A DNA stretch of 51,038 nucleotides from a virus (IMGVR_UViG_2778261009_000008:1-51038); one strand, 5' to 3'. Shown: positions 18,777 to 27,393, numbered from the stretch's first letter. Program-made: numbers and translations. Notes: a model not told the origin generated them from the letters alone.

Positions 18777-19205
18777 ATGTATTGCCGTGCTGTACCGGTT
18801 CTTGTTTTGATATTAGCCAGTCTGACAACTGGCTGCACAAAAGATGTATCGACAAATAATTATGATGCTTCGCTGCATCACTCAGATAAATTAATAAAGT
18901 CGCAAAATTTGAGCTTATCGGAACGTACCCCTGATGCCAGTGAAGAAATCCGGCAGTATGCCATTCAGGTCAGGGAAGCCATAGAAGAACAGTTAAAGGA
19001 TGCGGGTAAGTATTCAGGAAAAGAGTGTTCACTGAGAATGTATATGGCCCCGAATGGTCTTCTGCTACAGGTTAAAAGAGAAAGCGGTGATCCCGATTTA
19101 TGTCGTGAAGCGATGAATGCAGTAAAGAATGCTGATATACCATCACCACCGTCTTCAGGAGTATATAAAGCATTTAGAAATGGCGTGCTGGATTTTAAAC
19201 TCTGA
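18777..19205 (+). CDS. Lipoprotein with TolA C-terminal domain (domain III)-like fold
   Basis: 142 aa; signal peptide plus lipobox-like LTTGC; C-terminal about 90 aa align with E. coli TolA domain III (…YSGKECSLRMYMAPNGLLLQVKRESGDPDLCREAMNAVKNADIPSPPSSGVYKAFRNGVLDFK…). Confidence 0.7.
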   Translation: MYCRAVPVLVLILASLTTGCTKDVSTNNYDASLHHSDKLIKSQNLSLSERTPDASEEIRQYAIQVREAIEEQLKDAGKYSGKECSLRMYMAPNGLLLQVKRESGDPDLCREAMNAVKNADIPSPPSSGVYKAFRNGVLDFKL

Positions 19206-19261
19206 CTGGGGGAGAAGATTTTCTCCTGTCCAGATGATTTTGGGGTGCTGGAAAGATATTG

Positions 19262-20640
19262 TGCTGTGAAGTGTTAAATTCCTCACAATTCAGTAAGTTG
19301 ACAGTTGCCTGTCAGACTGGGCATTTGTTAAAAAAATTTCGCATGGTGAATCCCCCTGTGCGGAGGGGCGACTGGTGAACGGTATGATCTCTTTGATGAT
19401 CGTAAGCGAGAATACGCGGGTTTAGTGTCACCGGGCTGAACTCACCGGGAGGCACCCGGCACCATGCTCATGGTGATACAGAAATGCGGCTTCAGCCCCT
19501 CTCTGGAGGGGCTTTCTTATGGACAAAAAAGCCCGCGCTGGGAGACGCGGGCGGCAAGGAATAAACAATAAAACGTGAAGTAATATTTCAGCTGGCGAAT
19601 AATACCCCATAGTAATCACTCTGCGCAACTGCGCGGCCTTTTTCGAATTGCGGGCTGTAGTCTCCCTTCTGCCGGGTGGCCTGGTTGCAGATTTCTTCAT
19701 GGGGTAGGGTTCGGCAGTTAAAGCAGCGATGGCGCTGGGGCGTCGTGCTATAGGCGTTGAGCTGGATACCGGGCGTTTTGAACAGACTGCGCAGGCAATC
19801 AGGGATATATTTATCGGTAGCTGTTTGCAGAAGTAATCTCCCAAAATTCCATTTTTGGAATGCAGTGGTTGTTGCTGTAGTGTGGGCAAGTTCTGGAACT
19901 GGCTTCGTCCATTGCAGATGATTGTTAGCTGGATATCAGTTACCTCATGGAAATGTTAAATGACTCACAGTTCGGTTGATGGACTATTGTCTGATTGATG
20001 GAAGTCTTGTAAAAACGAGCCAGCATAGTGAATCCCCCTGTGCGGAGGGGCGTCTGACATGGTCTCCATAGCGATGGTCACAATACGCAGATTCAGTAGT
20101 CAGGCTGAATCTACCGGGAGGCACCCGGCACTATGCTGCTTATGGTGTATACACAGCGATCGGCCCCTCTCCTGAGGGGCTTTTTTTGTGCGGGAAAAGG
20201 CTGTGTTGTGAAATGTTAAATTCCTCACAATTCATGAGGTTGATGATTGTCTGATTGATGAGGAGTTTGTTAAAAAAAGCGGGCATGGTGAATCCCCCTG
20301 TGCGGAGGGGTGATATCGTATCATTTCCTGTGTGGTCGACTGATATCACGGACATTTGTTCACCGGGAGGCACCCGGCACCATGTAGTATACAGAGATTA
20401 GGCATACATCCAGGCTCCTCATTGCAGGAGCCTTTTTACATGCAAAAAAAACCGCTCCAGGGAAGAGCGGTTGGCAAGGAATAAATAACAAAACGTGAAG
20501 TAATTTATTCAGCGCCCTAATAATACCTTACAGTAATCACATTGCGCAACTGTATGTAAGGGCGTATTTCTTTTTTGCGGGCTGTTTTGTGTGACTTTTG
20601 TGTTTCCGGAGGTCAGCCCGTGCCTTCTCTGACTCAGAAC
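19262..20640. repeat. Triplicated non-coding module (conserved blocks A-B-C plus hairpin, three tandem paralogous copies)
   Basis: Block A (GAAATGTTAAATTCCTCACAATTCA) at about 19270/19949/20210; block B (GTGAATCCCCCTGTGCGGAGGGG) at 19347/20028/20287; block C (CACCGGGAGGCACCCGGCACCATG) at 19443/20112/20361; each followed by a GC hairpin (T-run clear only in copy 2); an about 80-bp block D at 19554 and 20473. Confidence 0.6.
19681..19835 (+). pseudogene. Duplicated 3' fragment of the DNA methyltransferase gene
   Basis: About 125 bp near-identical to 18156-18290 (the C-terminal 47 codons of the 17238-18296 gene) with a TCG to TAG change; no start or upstream gene body. Confidence 0.7.
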
Positions 20641-20662
20641 ATTATTCCGGCCGGGAGGATTC

Positions 20663-22651
20663 ATGGCATTTAAACACTACGATGTGGTCAGGGCGGCATC
20701 GCCGTCAGACCTTGCTGAACGACTGACACAAAAACTGAAGGAGGGGTGGCAGCCATTTGGCAGCCCTGTCGCCATCACGCCTTATACCCTGATGCAGGCT
20801 ATTGCGGCGGAAGGTGATGTCACCACGCCGGTGCTGGTTAAACCATCGGGTGACGGGGAGACGGCTATCAGCAAGACCGGTGAGCCTGAATATTATTATG
20901 TTGTCGCGCTGGCGGGTCAGTCAAATGGTATGTCTTTTGGAGAGGGAGTACCGTTACCTGATTCTTATGATCGCCCTGATCCGAGAATTAAGCAGCTTGC
21001 CCGTCGACGTACCGTTACGCCGCGAGGCGTTCCCTGCACCTATAACGATGTTATTCCGGCAGATCATTGTCTTCATGATGTGATGGATATGAGTGAAAAA
21101 AATCACCCCCGGGCAGACCTCAATAAAGGTCAGTATGGTTGTGTGGGTCAGGGACTGCATATTGCCAAAAAACTGTTACCGTTTATACCGGCGAATGCGG
21201 GCATTCTTCTGGTTCCATGCTGTCGTGGAGGCTCGGGAGTGACTACAGGTAATGAGGGAACATTTAACGCCTCTTCCGGGGCAAGCCCTGATTCTGCATT
21301 GTGGGGAGCTGATAAGCCGCTGTACCAGGATCTGTTAAGTCGCACGAAAGTCGCGCTGGCTAAAAATCCCGGAAATATCCTGCTGGCGGTAATCTGGATG
21401 CAGGGGGAGAGTGATCTGGCTTCAGGAAGCCAGAGTCATAATGCTCTTTTTACTGGCATGGTACAGAAATTCCGTGCTGACATCGCTGATATGTCAGGGC
21501 AGTGCGTGGGGGGCTCGGCACTGAGCGTTCCGTGGGTTTGTGGCGATACGACGCATTACTGGAAAGAAAAATATGCTGCGTCTTATGAAACTGTATACGG
21601 TGGATATAAAAATAAGGCAGCGCAGAATATTCACTTTGTCCCTTTCATGGTTGATGGAAGCGGGGTAAATGTGCAGACCAATAATCCGGCAGAAGATCCT
21701 GATATTGAAGGTATTGGCTACTCCGGTTCGAAGTGGCGAGACAGTTCTGTCAGCTGGACGTCAGGTGACAGGGCAAGCCATTTCGGTTCATGGGCGCGGC
21801 GTGGAATTATTTCAGATCGTCTTGCAACCGCAATTCTGACCCACGCAGGCAAATACCCGGCGTTTATCACCGGGCGGTCAGAAACGGTAGTTGCAGGAGA
21901 TGAACGGGAAAACGTTACATCCGGAGATTTCCCGTCACCTGTGGAGGATGCTGCGTTATCACAGGATGCACCTCAGAGAAGAACGGTTGTTGAGTATAAT
22001 TCAGCTGTTGAGAAAGACAGCCTCGGTGGTAACTGGGCAGCCCAGCACTGGAATGCCCGGGACGGTGTCGCCGAGTTTGTTAATGATGAAAGCAGACAGG
22101 TGCTGAAGATTAAGCAGCATGAGGGCAAACAGGGACCGTGGATGCTGTCAGCAGGAGTATCAGCTGAAGATGCCCGTGCTCTGTATGAAAATGGCGGTGA
22201 AATAAAACTTGAATTCAGGTTGCCGGATGGTACCCAGGTTGCAGATAACAAATACCTCTTTGGTGTTTACCTGCCAGTTTCCGGGTGGACTCAGGAAGGC
22301 AACAGCAGCAATATGATGGCCTCCTTTTTCACTCAGACAAAAGCCAGTAACCTGGATGTCATGTATCACGGTAAAACACAGCCTAATACAAAAATTGAGT
22401 CATTCGGTGCGGTTAATAACAACTGGCACACGCTTGTCTTTAAATATAAAGGAGGCGGCAATCACCAGGTTATTCCGGTACTTGACGGAGAAGAGAAAAC
22501 AGGTTTTGCACTGAAAGAAGGTCCGGTCACTTCTGCCTTTACGGTGGATAACATCACAGTGACAGGTATCAGCGCAAATCAGGGAAAATCTTATCCTGTC
22601 ATGTTCCGCAGTATCATGGTAAGCATTAACCAGGCAACCTCTTCATCATAA
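20663..22651 (+). CDS. Sialate O-acetylesterase, NanS-p-like (DUF1737 + SGNH esterase)
   Basis: 662 aa; N-terminus MAFKHYDVVRAAS… and esterase block YYVVALAGQSNGM; matches the prophage nanS-p gene that follows stxAB in Stx phages. Confidence 0.8.
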   Translation: MAFKHYDVVRAASPSDLAERLTQKLKEGWQPFGSPVAITPYTLMQAIAAEGDVTTPVLVKPSGDGETAISKTGEPEYYYVVALAGQSNGMSFGEGVPLPDSYDRPDPRIKQLARRRTVTPRGVPCTYNDVIPADHCLHDVMDMSEKNHPRADLNKGQYGCVGQGLHIAKKLLPFIPANAGILLVPCCRGGSGVTTGNEGTFNASSGASPDSALWGADKPLYQDLLSRTKVALAKNPGNILLAVIWMQGESDLASGSQSHNALFTGMVQKFRADIADMSGQCVGGSALSVPWVCGDTTHYWKEKYAASYETVYGGYKNKAAQNIHFVPFMVDGSGVNVQTNNPAEDPDIEGIGYSGSKWRDSSVSWTSGDRASHFGSWARRGIISDRLATAILTHAGKYPAFITGRSETVVAGDERENVTSGDFPSPVEDAALSQDAPQRRTVVEYNSAVEKDSLGGNWAAQHWNARDGVAEFVNDESRQVLKIKQHEGKQGPWMLSAGVSAEDARALYENGGEIKLEFRLPDGTQVADNKYLFGVYLPVSGWTQEGNSSNMMASFFTQTKASNLDVMYHGKTQPNTKIESFGAVNNNWHTLVFKYKGGGNHQVIPVLDGEEKTGFALKEGPVTSAFTVDNITVTGISANQGKSYPVMFRSIMVSINQATSSS

Positions 22652-22798
22652 AACAAAAAAAACGCCAGCGCAGAGGAGAACGGGAGGATAAGTTTGACGC
22701 TGGCGGAGGAGTATCCTCATGGAGAACGATATGTAACACATATCGCCTTTCTTTTATTGAAAAGTCATCGCCATTGTCAACCATAACGGTAAGAAACT

Positions 22799-22981
22799 AT
22801 GACATTTGTTCATCAACTGATGCTGTACTTCTGTACGGTGGTATGCGTGCTGTATCTTCTTTCGGGTGGGTACAGAGTCGTGCGCGATTTCTGGCGCAGG
22901 CAGATTGATAAAAGGGCCGCTGAGAAAATCAGCGCCAGTCAGTCAGCCGGAAGCAAACCCGAAGATCCGCTCATTCCGTAG
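22799..22981 (+). CDS. Hypothetical small membrane protein
   Basis: 60 aa ORF with one hydrophobic helix (LMLYFCTVVCVLYLL) between the esterase and lysis genes. Confidence 0.35.
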   Translation: MTFVHQLMLYFCTVVCVLYLLSGGYRVVRDFWRRQIDKRAAEKISASQSAGSKPEDPLIP

Positions 22982-23018
22982 TCACTTTCTTGACAACACC
23001 TTTCAACGAGAAAATCCT

Positions 23019-23288
23019 ATGTCAGAAATAAAATCGCTGGTCACTGCTGAGGCAGTGAAGGAAGTCCTGCGCTCTGAAGAAGTCCTGAGCGCACTGAAAC
23101 AAAAACTCCGCCAGAATCTTGAGGCGCGTCTTGATGCAGAAGTGGATGCCATTCTGGATGAACTGCTGGGCGCACCGACTGTTCCGGAGCCGGAAGGCAT
23201 TGCGGATGACAGTGCTGTTTCAGATGGCGTCGGGTCTCAGCCTGACGGTAGTGAAGAGCCTCAGCCTGACGGCGAAATGATGATGTAA
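23019..23288 (+). CDS. Hypothetical acidic protein
   Basis: About 89 aa starting MSEIKSLVTAEAV…; acidic C-terminus; start chosen at the internal Met of the longer track ORF. Confidence 0.45.
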   Translation: MSEIKSLVTAEAVKEVLRSEEVLSALKQKLRQNLEARLDAEVDAILDELLGAPTVPEPEGIADDSAVSDGVGSQPDGSEEPQPDGEMMM

Positions 23289-23362
23289 CCATGCGCAGGG
23301 GTGTCGGTGTGAGCTGATGCCCCACTTGTTGTTGTGAGCTTCCGGATTGCGGGAGACGGGGT

Positions 23363-23578
23363 ATGTACCAGATGGAAAAAATCACAACAGGTGTGTCATA
23401 CACCACGTCAGCGGTGGGAACGGGCTACTGGATCCTGCAGTTGCTGGACAGGGTTTCCCCGTCTCAGTGGGCGGCAATAGGCGTGCTGGGGAGTCTGCTG
23501 TTTGGGCTGCTGACATATCTGACGAACCTGTATTTCAAAATTAAAGAAGACCGGCGTAAGGCGGCGCGGGGAGAGTAA
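23363..23578 (+). CDS. Holin (lambdoid S / EssD-like, class II)
   Basis: 71 aa with two TM segments and a charged C-terminus (…[13 protein letters not shown]), immediately upstream of the lysozyme gene. Confidence 0.85.
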   Translation: MYQMEKITTGVSYTTSAVGTGYWILQLLDRVSPSQWAAIGVLGSLLFGLLTYLTNLYFKIKEDRRKAARGE

Positions 23579-23582
23579 GCTG

Positions 23583-24116
23583 ATGAGCAGGAAACTCCGC
23601 TATGGTTTATCGGCTGCCGTTCTGGCGCTGATTGGTGCAGGGGCGTCTGCGCCTAAAATCCTCGACCAGTTTCTGGATGAAAAAGAAGGCAACCACACCA
23701 CGGCATACCGTGATGGCGCGGGTATCTGGACCATCTGCCGTGGAGCCACCCGGGTGGATGGTAAGCCTGTTATTCCTGGCATGAAGTTGACGAAGGAAAA
23801 ATGCGACCAGGTTAACGCCATTGAACGTGATAAGGCGCTGGCATGGGTGGAGAAAAACATCAAAGTGCCACTGACCGAACCCCAGAAAGCGGGTATTGCG
23901 TCATTCTGCCCGTATAACATTGGCCCAGGTAAGTGTTTCCCGTCGACGTTTTATAAACGAATTAATGCAGGCGATCGCAGGGGAGCGTGTGAGGCGATTC
24001 GCTGGTGGATTAAGGACGGTGGCAGAGACTGCCGTATTCGCTCAAATAATTGCTATGGTCAGATATCCCGTCGTGACCAGGAGAGCGCGCTGGCGTGCTG
24101 GGGAATCGACAGATAA
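23583..24116 (+). CDS. Endolysin (phage lysozyme, GH24, signal-anchor type)
   Basis: 177 aa; N-terminal hydrophobic SAR-like segment and lysozyme catalytic region (…EGNHTTAYRDGAGIWTICRG…). Confidence 0.85.
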   Translation: MSRKLRYGLSAAVLALIGAGASAPKILDQFLDEKEGNHTTAYRDGAGIWTICRGATRVDGKPVIPGMKLTKEKCDQVNAIERDKALAWVEKNIKVPLTEPQKAGIASFCPYNIGPGKCFPSTFYKRINAGDRRGACEAIRWWIKDGGRDCRIRSNNCYGQISRRDQESALACWGIDR

Positions 24117-24207
24117 GCAGAATATTTTGCTGAAAAATGACGTTGACCAACGCGGACGGATAACACGAAATCCTGCGAACTGGCAAAACCTAAGTGAATA
24201 AAAGTAA

Positions 24208-24246
24208 AAACCCCGTTTGTTGGCAGCAAGCGGGGTTTTGTGTTTC
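24208..24246 (+). terminator. Candidate intrinsic terminator after the endolysin gene
   Basis: Hairpin CCCCG…CGGGG followed by TTTTGTGTTT; long loop, moderate support. Confidence 0.35.
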
Positions 24247-24305
24247 CTGACTCCGGAAAAGTCAAAGGAGAAAGTGTGTTTAATTTTAGCAAACTGATTC
24301 GGGAG

Positions 24306-24404
24306 ATTCGAGTGATGGCTGAAAAATTATCCACCTGGAAGTTCATCCTTATCTGGCTGGTGTTTGTGATTATGGCCTCCGGTTATTTCATCGGTCAGAT
24401 ACGC
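24306..24404 (+). CDS. Small hydrophobic peptide (32 aa) between R and Rz
   Basis: [32 protein letters not shown]; a single TM helix; below track cutoff; weak RBS. Confidence 0.3.
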
Positions 24405-24414
24405 TGGTGGTGAA

Positions 24415-24909
24415 ATGAACCGCGTTCTGTGTGTGGTCATTATTGCCTTGCTGGTGGCCTGTGGTGCGCTTAGTCTGGGGCTGAATCATTACCGTGATAA
24501 CGCCATCACCTACAAAGCGCAGCGCGATAAAAAAGCCAGAGAGCTGGAGCTGGCAAACGCAACCATTACTGACATGCAGCAGCGCCAGCGTGATGTTGCT
24601 GCGCTTGATGCCAGATACTCAAGGGAATTAGCCGATGCGAGAGCTGAAAATGAAACTCTGCGTGCTGATGTTGCCGCTGGTCGTAAGCGCCTGCGGCTCA
24701 ACGCCACCTGCCCCGGTACCGTGCGTGAAGCCACCGGCACCTCCGGCGTGGATAATGCAACCGGCCCCCGACTGGCAGACACCGCTGAACGGGATTATTT
24801 CAACCTCAGAGAACGGTTGATGACAATGCAGAAGCAGCTGGAAGGGGCGCAGGAATATATACGCACTCAGTGCACTAAGCTGGCTTTTTATTATCCGGAG
24901 GATACATGA
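24415..24909 (+). CDS. Rz: Spanin inner-membrane subunit Rz
   Basis: 164 aa; strong alignment with lambda Rz (…[16 protein letters not shown]…[14 protein letters not shown]…[23 protein letters not shown]…). Confidence 0.85.
   Translation: MNRVLCVVIIALLVACGALSLGLNHYRDNAITYKAQRDKKARELELANATITDMQQRQRDVAALDARYSRELADARAENETLRADVAAGRKRLRLNATCPGTVREATGTSGVDNATGPRLADTAERDYFNLRERLMTMQKQLEGAQEYIRTQCTKLAFYYPEDT
24635..24820 (+). CDS. Rz1: Spanin outer-membrane lipoprotein Rz1 (embedded in Rz, +1 frame)
   Basis: 61 aa; aligns with lambda Rz1 (…[11 protein letters not shown]…[27 protein letters not shown]…); lipobox VSAC. Confidence 0.8.
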   Translation: MRELKMKLCVLMLPLVVSACGSTPPAPVPCVKPPAPPAWIMQPAPDWQTPLNGIISTSENG

Positions 24910-25130
24910 AGAAATTACGGGTAACCGTAGAACCTTTTCAGGGAACAATTCCGTTCCGTATTTTGCAGCGTGGTCGTGTTCTTGTTGAAGGTTCGTTCAG
25001 TGGTAAATGTACGCAATTACACTCCCGGACCTTTCAGGTGAATGCCACGAATGAAGAGCTAACCGTTGAGTGTACGATGAATGCCGCTAAATGCCGCATG
25101 GTATCCGCTGCATTACAGCCAGTGTGTTGA
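24906..25130 (+). CDS. Hypothetical small protein
   Basis: 74 aa ORF overlapping the Rz stop (ATGA); Cys-containing; no family recognised. Confidence 0.4.
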   Translation: MKKLRVTVEPFQGTIPFRILQRGRVLVEGSFSGKCTQLHSRTFQVNATNEELTVECTMNAAKCRMVSAALQPVC

Positions 25131-25460
25131 GCGACCTTATTATCCATGGCGCGGTATTGTCGCCGTATTCCCGTATTAACAGAGACCGCAGCCCGACAGG
25201 GAGACTCCTCTGCGCGAGTGTGCGGGGATAATCAAAAACGATACACACCGGGGTTTACCGCGTTAACGGAGCGCGGCGTTGTCCCCTCATGGTCGCTGGT
25301 CCGGTGCGATGGTGGAAGAAACCGGACGATGTGTTACCTCGCATGACCTGTTATGTCATGTGTCTGATTTGTGATTTAAGTCGGATAATTGTCGTTGCCA
25401 TTAAGCAGAGGATTGATGGCCGACAGGGTGGCATTGTTAGAATAAGACTTATTCTTATCT

Positions 25461-25802
25461 GTGCCGGGAATGAAAATGAAAAGAAATCTTCCGTTAATTA
25501 TTTTGTTGTCTTCTCTGGTTATGGGCTGTACGCAACATAAAACAGATATGCCCCGACAGTTGGTTAAGGCATTACCACAATATCCGGCCTATGCAGCGGC
25601 AAATTATATAAAGGGACGGGTTGATGTGAAGTTTGATATTGGTGCTGATGGTACTGTCACCCGAATTGAGTTTATCCGTTCAGAGCCGCACCATCTGTTT
25701 GATGAGCAGGTTGTAAAGGCGATGGCAAAATGGCGATTTGAGAAGGACAGGCCGCGTAAAGGCGTGAAGAAATCGTTTATCTTTAGTCCTTCTGCACCCT
25801 GA
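25461..25802 (+). CDS. Lipoprotein with TonB C-terminal domain-like fold
   Basis: 113 aa; signal peptide with lipobox-like LVMGC; …LPQYPAYAAANYIKGRVDVKFDIGADGTVTRIEFIRSEPHHLFDEQVVKAMAKWRFE… fits the TonB_C signature. Confidence 0.7.
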   Translation: MPGMKMKRNLPLIILLSSLVMGCTQHKTDMPRQLVKALPQYPAYAAANYIKGRVDVKFDIGADGTVTRIEFIRSEPHHLFDEQVVKAMAKWRFEKDRPRKGVKKSFIFSPSAP

Positions 25803-25933
25803 TTATTTCATCAGAAATTAATTATCACTCTGTTGTTATTCTGTACATCCCGGCAGGGTAAGTCTTGTTCCGTCGGATATGAAGATGAAATATTGTTGGA
25901 GGACAGTGGGTACCTGCTCCTGTAACCGAACGT

Positions 25934-26134
25934 TCATTTCTCGTTATTTGTCATGCTGGCCGGGCGCAGGTGCGTTGCATCTGTTGCCAGCCTTCTCCGG
26001 CAGGCTTCAATAACCCACGCTGAAAAGTTACCGGACCCTTTATGCTCAAGGGCGATGTTGATCTGTTCAATCATGTGATTGGGGAAACGGATATTGCGGG
26101 TTGTGGTTCTGCGGGTCCGGTTTTTCGATGACAT
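25934..26134 (-). CDS. Ribbon-helix-helix (CopG/Arc-like) DNA-binding protein
   Basis: About 66 aa from internal start MSSKNRTRRTT…; RHH-like N-terminal region (…IRFPNHMIEQINIALEHKGSGNFSAWVIEA…); divergent from the HNH gene. Confidence 0.55.
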   Translation of the reverse strand: MSSKNRTRRTTTRNIRFPNHMIEQINIALEHKGSGNFSAWVIEACRRRLATDATHLRPASMTNNEK

Positions 26135-26175
26135 ATTTATTTCCTTTACTGATTGCCATATGACGGGGATTTTAC

Positions 26176-26541
26176 ATGGCTGAGCTTCGTACACTCCAGA
26201 GCAGAATCAAAACACTGAATACCCGACGGGTGAATATTCTGAAGGGGGAACAGCGTCGTGTCAGTGGCAGTGCACGTGTTTCCCTCAAGCGTCATATCTG
26301 GCTCAGGGACGCCGGGCAGTGCTGTATCTGTGGTCGTGTGGTTGACCTCTGTGACAGTGAACTCGATCACCGAATTGCACTTCAGTTCGGTGGTGGTAAT
26401 GAGGAGACGAATCTCTGGACGCTCTGTACCGAATGCCATCGACAAAAGTCTGCTCGTGAAGCGGCGGGTGGTATGCCGGACCCGACGTTGCCGGAGGTGT
26501 CCGGAGGTAGTGGCACAGCGGACGACATCATCGGACTGTAA
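26176..26541 (+). CDS. HNH endonuclease (terminase-associated)
   Basis: 121 aa; HNH motif …CCICGRVVDLCDSELDHRIALQFGGGNEETNLWTLCTECHRQK…; lies just upstream of the terminase genes. Confidence 0.8.
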   Translation: MAELRTLQSRIKTLNTRRVNILKGEQRRVSGSARVSLKRHIWLRDAGQCCICGRVVDLCDSELDHRIALQFGGGNEETNLWTLCTECHRQKSAREAAGGMPDPTLPEVSGGSGTADDIIGL

Positions 26542-26631
26542 CCCGACCGGGGGGGTATCATTCGGCGTAAAAAACGATCGCTCCGGACACCGCGCCCCCT
26601 CTCACGCAGAGAAAAAATTCCCGTTTCAGGG

Positions 26632-26760
26632 CAGTTAACATGTTAACTGGCTGCCCGGGCATTTTTGCGGTTTTTATCTTTATTATTCAGTTTGTTGTGC
26701 GGAAAAAATGTTAACTGGCTTTTTCAGCAAATGTTAACCAGGCAGCAGTTAACATTTGCG
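26632..26760. repeat. ATGTTAAC repeat cluster (candidate cos/terminase-binding region)
   Basis: Perfect 14-bp palindrome GTTAACATGTTAAC (26635-26648) plus AATGTTAACTGG, AATGTTAACCAGG and CAGTTAACATTTG within 130 bp between the HNH and terminase small-subunit genes. Confidence 0.45.
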
Positions 26761-26829
26761 GCATGAGACGCCGGGAAAAATGGGCTGAACCATACCCGGC
26801 TGAGTGCGTTCTGGACCCGGGAGGAGGCT

Positions 26830-27393
26830 GTGCTGACAACGCAAAAACGAAAATTTGCGCTGGCGCTCATGTCCGGGAAAAACAAAACAGCGTCAGCCAT
26901 TGCCGCCGGTTATTCGGCGAAGACCGCCAGGGTTAAAGGCTCGCAGCTGGCAAAAGATCCGGAGGTGCTTGCGTTTATAGCCCGTAAACAATGCGAGACG
27001 GTGGAGGTGGATGAGGTTCCTGTTTACCGGCAGAAAAAATCAGAGCAGGAGGATAAAACCCGTCGCCGTGAGGCGGCTGCAATACCACAGCCGGACGAAA
27101 ACAATCCGGAGATGCCACCGTCCGCGGTGATGTCTCCTGGTATTGAATATATGGAGGATGGTCTTCCCGATCCGGTGAAAGCCATGGGGCGGATCCTGGT
27201 GGAAAACCTCTGCATTGATCCGAAACTGGCACTGGATGCGGCCTGGCGTCTGGCGCAGTTCACGCACCATAAAAAAGGGGATACCGGGAAAAAATCGGCA
27301 AAAGGTGATGCCGCGAAAAAAGCGGCTAACCGTTTTGCGGTGCCACCGCCACCCCGACTGGTGGTGAATAACGATAATGAGGGCAACGGATGA
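26830..27393 (+). CDS. Terminase small subunit
   Basis: 187 aa (GTG start after SD GAGGAGG); N-terminal HTH-like segment (…KNKTASAIAAGYSAKTARVKGSQL…); directly upstream of and overlapping the large subunit. Confidence 0.8.
   Translation: MLTTQKRKFALALMSGKNKTASAIAAGYSAKTARVKGSQLAKDPEVLAFIARKQCETVEVDEVPVYRQKKSEQEDKTRRREAAAIPQPDENNPEMPPSAVMSPGIEYMEDGLPDPVKAMGRILVENLCIDPKLALDAAWRLAQFTHHKKGDTGKKSAKGDAAKKAANRFAVPPPPRLVVNNDNEGNG

Noticed and set aside
19443-20420. Small ORFs starting at the ATG that follows block C (GGAGG…ATG)
   Set aside because: The three copies give unrelated products (35 aa, 28 aa, immediate stop), so the ATG context is conserved but not a coding frame.
19262-20640. CRISPR array
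   Set aside because: The repeated blocks are long, not identical, irregularly spaced and embedded in larger paralogous units; no short direct repeat with regular spacers.
18500-20660. Possible stxA/stxB toxin genes between the tRNAs and the nanS-p-like gene
   Set aside because: No ORFs with AB5-toxin-like size or features are present; the slot holds a TolA-like lipoprotein and non-coding repeats instead.
24059-24346. Minus-strand 95-aa ORF between the endolysin and Rz genes
   Set aside because: It overlaps the endolysin 3' end and a plus-strand hairpin, and has no RBS or recognisable features.
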